From NCBI GenBank assembly GCA_963785075.1, contig CAWATW010000003.1, positions 70,256 to 134,255 of the forward strand: a stretch of DNA of 64,000 nucleotides. The letters run 5' to 3'. This DNA comes from an uncultured bacterium. GTDB lineage: Bacteria; Actinomycetota; Acidimicrobiia; Spongiisociales; ZC4RG35. Positions 59,068 through 64,000 of the stretch are shown here, in pieces. The notes under the pieces are model-generated. The model saw only the letters and a program-made list of their open reading frames with translations, did no database searches and was not told the DNA's origin. Within the stretch, counting starts at the first letter, position 1. Each line of letters starts with the position of its first letter. The translations under genes and the position numbers were made by a program.

Positions 59068-60759
59068 ATGAGGGTCATGACAGCTCAAGCCACTCCGTTC
59101 CGTGCGCCATCCGAACTCGCCTCGGTCCCCCCCGAGGCAGAGCCGGTTGGTCGCGCCATCGTCATTGACGGGATCGTGCTGGTTGCAATGGCGGCCGCCG
59201 TGGCCGTGGCGCTGTCGGCGTCTCTCAACCTGGGCCTCCCCGCGGCGCTCACAGAACCCGCCATTGCGGCAGTCCAGCTGCTGATCGGAGCCTCGATCGT
59301 CGCCTCCTCGCGACGCTGCGCCATGGACGAGCGGCGGGCATGGCTGGCGATCGGTGCCGGTGTGATGTTGTCCGGGCTCGGACATGTCATCCGCACGAGC
59401 GTCACTCCCGTTGTCTCGGCCGCCGCCGGCGTTCCGGATGCCTTCTCGATTGCGTTCTACGCGCTCATCTGCATCGGTCTGGTGCGGCTTCCTCACATTC
59501 GTTCGAGCCGAATGGGGTCGCTGCGAGCGGCCATGGACGTGATCGTCTCGCTCGTGGCCACCGGTGCCATCGTTTGGGAGCTGCAGCCGAGTCTGCTCGA
59601 CGAGGGCCTTGCCGCGCCGGCGCTGCACTTGTTGCTCCTCGCATCCGTCTTCGTTGCATTCCTTCGCCGCACTCGATACGTCAGGGACGCGAGGCTCGGC
59701 CTGCTTCTGGCTTCCCTGTTGCCGATCGTGACCGCACCGGAGCTCGCCCCCTCCACAGCGTCACCGTGGAGCATGGTCCGATGGGCTCTGGCCATGTTGG
59801 TGATGTCCGCAGCCGCCTGGAAGCTGAGCCGTCCCCAGGCTCGGCGCAGCATGATCCTGGCCATGCCGGGCAAGAAGGTCTTCGTGCTGCCGACCCTCCC
59901 CGTCAGCGGCCTCTTCGCACTGATCACGGCTCGTGTGGTCGAAGGGTCGGAACTGGCCGGCACCGCCATTCCCTGGGCATTGCTGATCGTTTCGGCCGGT
60001 CTCGCCGTTCGCGGTGTCGCCTCGGCAATCGAGAACCGTCACCTGCTGTCTCTCGAGCGGGATCAGTTGTTGGCCTCGATCTCCCACGACCTGCGGACGC
60101 CGCTCACGGCGGTGTCGGGCTTCTCGCAGGTCCTTTCGTCGTCGTGGGAGTCGATCGACGAACCCGAACGTCGCGAGCTGGTCCACCTCATCGGGTCCGA
60201 GGCGGATTCGCTGGTGGACATCGTGGGTGATCTGAACGCGCTTGCCCGGTCGGAACTCGACGCCGCCACCCTCACCCGTCAGAGGGTCCAGGGCAAGCAG
60301 CTCATCGCCGACGCCATCAGGCTCGTGTTCGACATCGACGGACCACTCCCGATTCGGGCCGAAGTCGAGCCCTATCTGGAGTTGACCTGCGATCGACGGA
60401 GGATGGTGCAGGTGCTCCGCGCCCTCTTCGAGAATGCGCTTCGGTACGGCAACGGCAAGATCCTCGTGGTCGCCAAGCGCACCAAGACGGGACGAGTCAT
60501 CGAGGTTCACGACAACGGAGACGGTGTCGAGCCCCGCCACGAGAAGGTCATCTGGAAGCGGTTCGAGCGTGGCGAGCACCAGCTGAACGCCAACGTCCCC
60601 GGGTCAGGGCTCGGACTCGCCGTGGTTCGGTCCATCGCGCGGGCGCACGGTGGTGACGCCGCCTATCGACGATCCGAGAGGATCGGTGGTGCCTGTTTCT
60701 CGATCGAGCTCCCATACGACAAGGACATGGACTCGAGACCCGCCGACGGTGACCGATAG
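59068..60759 (+). CDS. Sensor histidine kinase (multi-TM N-terminal domain, HisKA + HATPase_c), orphan
   Basis: H-box SISHDLRTPLTAV, then N, G1 and G2 boxes (NALRYGNGKI, DNGDGV, GSGLGLAVV). No response regulator gene adjacent. Confidence 0.8.
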   Translation: MRVMTAQATPFRAPSELASVPPEAEPVGRAIVIDGIVLVAMAAAVAVALSASLNLGLPAALTEPAIAAVQLLIGASIVASSRRCAMDERRAWLAIGAGVMLSGLGHVIRTSVTPVVSAAAGVPDAFSIAFYALICIGLVRLPHIRSSRMGSLRAAMDVIVSLVATGAIVWELQPSLLDEGLAAPALHLLLLASVFVAFLRRTRYVRDARLGLLLASLLPIVTAPELAPSTASPWSMVRWALAMLVMSAAAWKLSRPQARRSMILAMPGKKVFVLPTLPVSGLFALITARVVEGSELAGTAIPWALLIVSAGLAVRGVASAIENRHLLSLERDQLLASISHDLRTPLTAVSGFSQVLSSSWESIDEPERRELVHLIGSEADSLVDIVGDLNALARSELDAATLTRQRVQGKQLIADAIRLVFDIDGPLPIRAEVEPYLELTCDRRRMVQVLRALFENALRYGNGKILVVAKRTKTGRVIEVHDNGDGVEPRHEKVIWKRFERGEHQLNANVPGSGLGLAVVRSIARAHGGDAAYRRSERIGGACFSIELPYDKDMDSRPADGDR

Positions 60760-60827
60760 GGTCGATCGCCCAGGGTTCGGCTCGGCGACCGGACCTACGA
60801 TGGGGGAGAGGACCCCAGAGGGTCACC

Positions 60828-61790
60828 ATGTTTGCGCTGTCGCACCGAGCCGAAGATCCCAGGACCGTGCTGGTGATGGCGCCCTCCCTGTTCCTGACGG
60901 TGACCGTCGAACGAGAGGCCGGCGCCACCGGTGACGAGATCCACATTCATCCGGGTGGCCAGGGCTTTTGGGTTGCTCGGTTGTTGGCCCAGCTGGGCTG
61001 TGCTCCGGTGTTGTGCGGCCCTCTCGGCGGCGAAGCGGGCACGGCGCTGAAGTCCTTGGTCCGAGGTTGGGGGGTGGACCTTTCACCGGTCGACATCGGT
61101 GCCGCCACGCCCTGCCTGGTCTACGACCGGCGGTCCGGCCGGAGGGAGCTACTCGCACGTGACCGAGCTGTGGCCTTGAAGCGACACGAAGCCGACGACC
61201 TCTACGGTGCCGTGCTCGACGGTGCTCTGGAAGCGGGAAGGTGCGTCGTCGTCGGGGCACATCCGGGTGACGTGTTGCCGGGGGACGTCTTCGAACGACT
61301 TGGTGGCGACTTGAGGCGTCTCGGGGTGGCCGTGGCAGCCGATCTCCATGGGTGGCAGTTGGACGCCTATCTTCGGCACGGCCGACTCGAGTTGCTGAAG
61401 GTGAGCGACGAGGATCTGCTGGCCGACGGGCGGATCCAGAACCTCGGTGAGCCAGAGGTGGTGTCGGCACTCCATCGTCTTGCACGGCACGATGTCCGGT
61501 TCATAGTCGTTTCGCGCGCCGAGCGTGGTGCCCTGATGGCCACCGACGGTGCCTTCTTCCGTGCGGTGCCGCCACTCCTCGAGGTCGTCGATCACACAGG
61601 TGCCGGAGATTCGATGACAGCGGCTCTCATCGCAGCGTTGATCGACGGGGCGGACCCCAGTCAGGCATTGCGGATGGGGTGCGCAGCGGGTGCGGCGAAC
61701 GTGACCCGTCACGGGCTCGGAAGCGCCTCGGCCGAGCTCATCCGGCGGCTCGCCGACACCGTGGATGTGCAGCGGATCGAGGCTGCCTGA
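60828..61790 (+). CDS. PfkB family carbohydrate kinase
   Basis: PfkB signature 2 (DHTGAGDSMTAALIAAL) and an N-terminal GG motif. Confidence 0.8.
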   Translation: MFALSHRAEDPRTVLVMAPSLFLTVTVEREAGATGDEIHIHPGGQGFWVARLLAQLGCAPVLCGPLGGEAGTALKSLVRGWGVDLSPVDIGAATPCLVYDRRSGRRELLARDRAVALKRHEADDLYGAVLDGALEAGRCVVVGAHPGDVLPGDVFERLGGDLRRLGVAVAADLHGWQLDAYLRHGRLELLKVSDEDLLADGRIQNLGEPEVVSALHRLARHDVRFIVVSRAERGALMATDGAFFRAVPPLLEVVDHTGAGDSMTAALIAALIDGADPSQALRMGCAAGAANVTRHGLGSASAELIRRLADTVDVQRIEAA

Positions 61791-62608
61791 TGTCGGATCC
61801 CATCGATCAGATCGTCGTAGAGGAGCGTGTCTCGCCGCGACCGGCGGCATTCCGGGTCCTCGTCACCAACGACGACGGCATCTCGTCGCCCGGCCTGCGT
61901 GATCTCGCCGCCATCCTCGCCGTCGAGTTCGAGGTCATCGTGGTGGCGCCGCGCGCCGACATGAGCGGCAGCGGAACAGCACTTGGTCGTTTCGACCCAC
62001 GCTCCGGCGTGGAGCTCACGTCGGTCGATCTCCCGGGAGTCGAGGAGGCCTACAGCGTGGATGGCCCGCCCGGGTTGGCGGTTCTCGCAGCGGGCTTGGG
62101 TGCATTCGGTCGCAAGCCAGATCTGGTCGTGTCCGGGGTCAACGCCGGCGTGAACACCGGGCACTCGGTGGTCCACTCGGGAACGGTTGGCGCAGCGCTC
62201 ACCGCTCGCACGCTTGGGAGCCACGGCCTGGCGGTGAGCCTGGCCGAGTCCCGGCCTTGGCACTGGGACACGGCGATCGACGTGGCGGTGTCGGTGACGA
62301 GGTGGTTCTCCAGATCGCCACGGCGTCTCACCGTCCTCAACGTCAACGTACCCGCTCGAAAGATCGATCGCGTGGCCGGCATCAGGTGGGCCGATCTCGA
62401 CGCCTTCGGACATCTCCAAGTGGCGGTGGCCGATGTCCCCGGATCGCGCCTGTCCTTCGAGGTGCGTGGCTCGTCGAGCGGTATCGACCCGGTGTCCGAC
62501 ACGGCGTTGTGCTTCGACGGGTTCGTCACGCTGACGATGCTGTCGGCGGTGGAGCCCCATCCTTATCCACCCATCGAGGCGAGCGAACTGTGGCGCCCGC
62601 AGCCGTGA
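61790..62608 (+). CDS. surE: 5'/3'-nucleotidase SurE
   Basis: N-terminal VLVTNDDGISSPGL motif. Confidence 0.88.
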   Translation: MSDPIDQIVVEERVSPRPAAFRVLVTNDDGISSPGLRDLAAILAVEFEVIVVAPRADMSGSGTALGRFDPRSGVELTSVDLPGVEEAYSVDGPPGLAVLAAGLGAFGRKPDLVVSGVNAGVNTGHSVVHSGTVGAALTARTLGSHGLAVSLAESRPWHWDTAIDVAVSVTRWFSRSPRRLTVLNVNVPARKIDRVAGIRWADLDAFGHLQVAVADVPGSRLSFEVRGSSSGIDPVSDTALCFDGFVTLTMLSAVEPHPYPPIEASELWRPQP

Positions 62609-62767
62609 CCCACTGCGGGGCCCAGGGTTCGAATTCCGTGGCGGCCTGTGGGTTGTTACACTTCTTTCATCCCTGATCGGTGCCGGCATTCCGTGCTGCC
62701 GATCCCACCACCTGCTCCGGCGAAGGTCGGAGCCGTCCGCCACGGCGGATGTCCAGAGGAGGAACAA

Positions 62768-63055
62768 ATGAGAACGTACGAGCTGATGACGATTCATCGG
62801 CCTGCGCTCGAGGAAGACGACGTACGCACCAAGGTCAACGAGGTGGAGTCGTATCTCGAGGGAGCAGGCGCCACGGTGACATCCACCGATCTGTGGGGCA
62901 AACGTCGCTTTGCCTACGAGATCGACCATCTCACCGAGGGTTACTACACGGTCGTGAACTTCGAGGCCGAAGCCGAGGCCGTCGATGGGCTGGACAGGAT
63001 GCTTTCCCTCTCCGACGACGTGCTGCGACACAAGGTCGTCCGTCCCGGAGCCTGA
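62768..63055 (+). CDS. rpsF: 30S ribosomal protein S6
   Basis: MRTYELMTIHRPALEE...WGKRRFAYEI matches the S6 family. RBS GGAGGAACAA. Confidence 0.92.
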   Translation: MRTYELMTIHRPALEEDDVRTKVNEVESYLEGAGATVTSTDLWGKRRFAYEIDHLTEGYYTVVNFEAEAEAVDGLDRMLSLSDDVLRHKVVRPGA

Positions 63056-63115
63056 AACCCGAATCTCGTCACACCCCGCCGCCAAGGTGGGGGGAGGGCG
63101 CGGAAGGAGAGGATC

Positions 63116-63568
63116 ATGTCCAACAATGTCACACTCATCGGGAACCTCGTCGAGGATCCTGAGCTGCGGTTCACACCGTCGGGAGTTCCGATGGCACGCC
63201 TGCGGTTTGCAGTGAATCGCCGCTGGCGCGATCAGAGCGGCGAATGGCAAGAAGACACCAGCTACTTCGGCGGCACGGTCTGGCGCGACCAGGCGGAAAC
63301 AGTTGCCGAGTCGCTGCAGAAGGGCACCCGGGTCATCGTGACCGGCCGGCTGGAGCAACGATCGTGGGAGACCGCCGATGGCGACAAGCGGTCGATCGTC
63401 GAGGTCGCGATCGACGAGGTCGGGCCGAGCCTGCGATGGGCCACCGCCACGGTCACACGCACGGCGCGCGGTGGCGGCGGAGGCGACTTCGGTGGTGGCG
63501 GCGGTTCCACCCCACCCCCCGGACCGGTGGCCCGCGACGACTACGGCCCCGACGAAGCCCCGTTCTGA
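63116..63568 (+). CDS. ssb: Single-stranded DNA-binding protein
   Basis: OB-fold N-terminus (NVTLIGNLVEDPELRFTPSGVPMARLRFAVNRRW) and a Gly-rich tail ending DEAPF. Confidence 0.92.
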   Translation: MSNNVTLIGNLVEDPELRFTPSGVPMARLRFAVNRRWRDQSGEWQEDTSYFGGTVWRDQAETVAESLQKGTRVIVTGRLEQRSWETADGDKRSIVEVAIDEVGPSLRWATATVTRTARGGGGGDFGGGGGSTPPPGPVARDDYGPDEAPF

Positions 63569-63587
63569 TCTCGAGGAGTAACCACGC

Positions 63588-63872
63588 ATGGCACGAGGAA
63601 ATCAACCCAGCAGCACGAACAAGCGGCGCCGTCGCCGCCCGGAGCAGACCAGAGGTCGCGTCAAGAAGCGCTTCTGTCAATTCTGCACCGACCGGGTGGA
63701 CTACATCGACTACAAGGACACCTCCGTCCTCCGCAAGTACATGAGCGAACGCGCCAAGATTCGCGCTCGCCGCGTGACCGGCAATTGCCCCCGCCATCAG
63801 CGGGAGGTGGCCGTGGCGATCAAGAACGCCCGCGAGATGGCGTTGCTTCCGTATCTGGGAACCGGGCGATGA
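63588..63872 (+). CDS. rpsR: 30S ribosomal protein S18
   Basis: Conserved [29 protein letters not shown] motif. Confidence 0.92.
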   Translation: MARGNQPSSTNKRRRRRPEQTRGRVKKRFCQFCTDRVDYIDYKDTSVLRKYMSERAKIRARRVTGNCPRHQREVAVAIKNAREMALLPYLGTGR

Positions 63873-64000
63873 AGCTGATCTTGCTCCATGATGTCAGCGA
63901 TCTGGGGAAGAAGGGCGATCTGGTCGACGTATCCGACGGCTACGCACGCAACTATCTCCTCCCGAAGAAGCGGGCGATGAAGGCGACTGCGGGCGCGTTG
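63869..64000 (+). CDS. rplI: 50S ribosomal protein L9 (5' partial, continues beyond the window)
   Basis: ATGA overlap with rps[35 protein letters not shown] is the L9 N-terminus. Confidence 0.8.
   Translation, partial: MKLILLHDVSDLGKKGDLVDVSDGYARNYLLPKKRAMKATAGAL

Noticed and set aside
62609-62767. tRNA-like GGGTTCGAATTCC motif downstream of surE
   Set aside because: Resembles a T-loop, but no complementary T-stem, acceptor stem or anticodon arm could be built. No CCA-compatible 3' end. Probably coincidental or part of a surE terminator/rpsF leader.

Overview
High-GC (~70%) actinobacterial chromosome segment that starts inside the replication-origin neighbourhood. There is a DnaA-box cluster at ~245-290, then rpmH-rnpA-yidD-yidC-jag-rsmG-parA-parB on the + strand. 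The next block keeps the gene order known from Mycobacterium tuberculosis Rv3924c-Rv3910: a CwlM-like amidase, trxA, trxB, an anti-sigma factor, a SigM-like ECF sigma factor and a stand-alone MviN-C-terminal-like pseudokinase. After this come DegV, a GNAT/HDAC pair, an orphan PilT ATPase and the CCA enzyme. A second ECF sigma factor is translationally coupled to a membrane protein with a large extracellular domain, and this gene converges on a Kelch-like membrane protein. An arginine biosynthesis operon (argC-argJ-argB-argD ... argR-argG-argH, no argF in the window) is split by an ~11 kb block. The block holds a cation antiporter with a TrkA-C gene, a frameshifted secreted protein, modABC, an MBL hydrolase and two tandem paralogous Asp-box/BNR membrane proteins. 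An identical 23-bp putative ARG box sits before argC and before argR. The rest of the window carries housekeeping genes (a haloalkane dehalogenase, pepP, uppS, pyrE, nfo, panB, a histidine kinase, pfkB, surE, rpsF-ssb-rpsR-rplI) and a giant (1165 aa) DivIVA-domain coiled-coil protein. The most unusual non-coding signal is a family of intergenic elements built from tandem heptamers (GTCTCCR)n plus a conserved ACGTTCTACGTA/TACGTA palindromic core. It occurs at seven or more loci; the heptamer arrays sit at four of them (38.7, 40.2, 44.6, 57.3 kb) and a TAATACG triplet at one (52.8 kb). There is also a 41-bp REP-like hairpin element in two inverted copies and tandem 14-bp perfect palindromes before rsmG. 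No rRNA, tRNA or CRISPR arrays were found.
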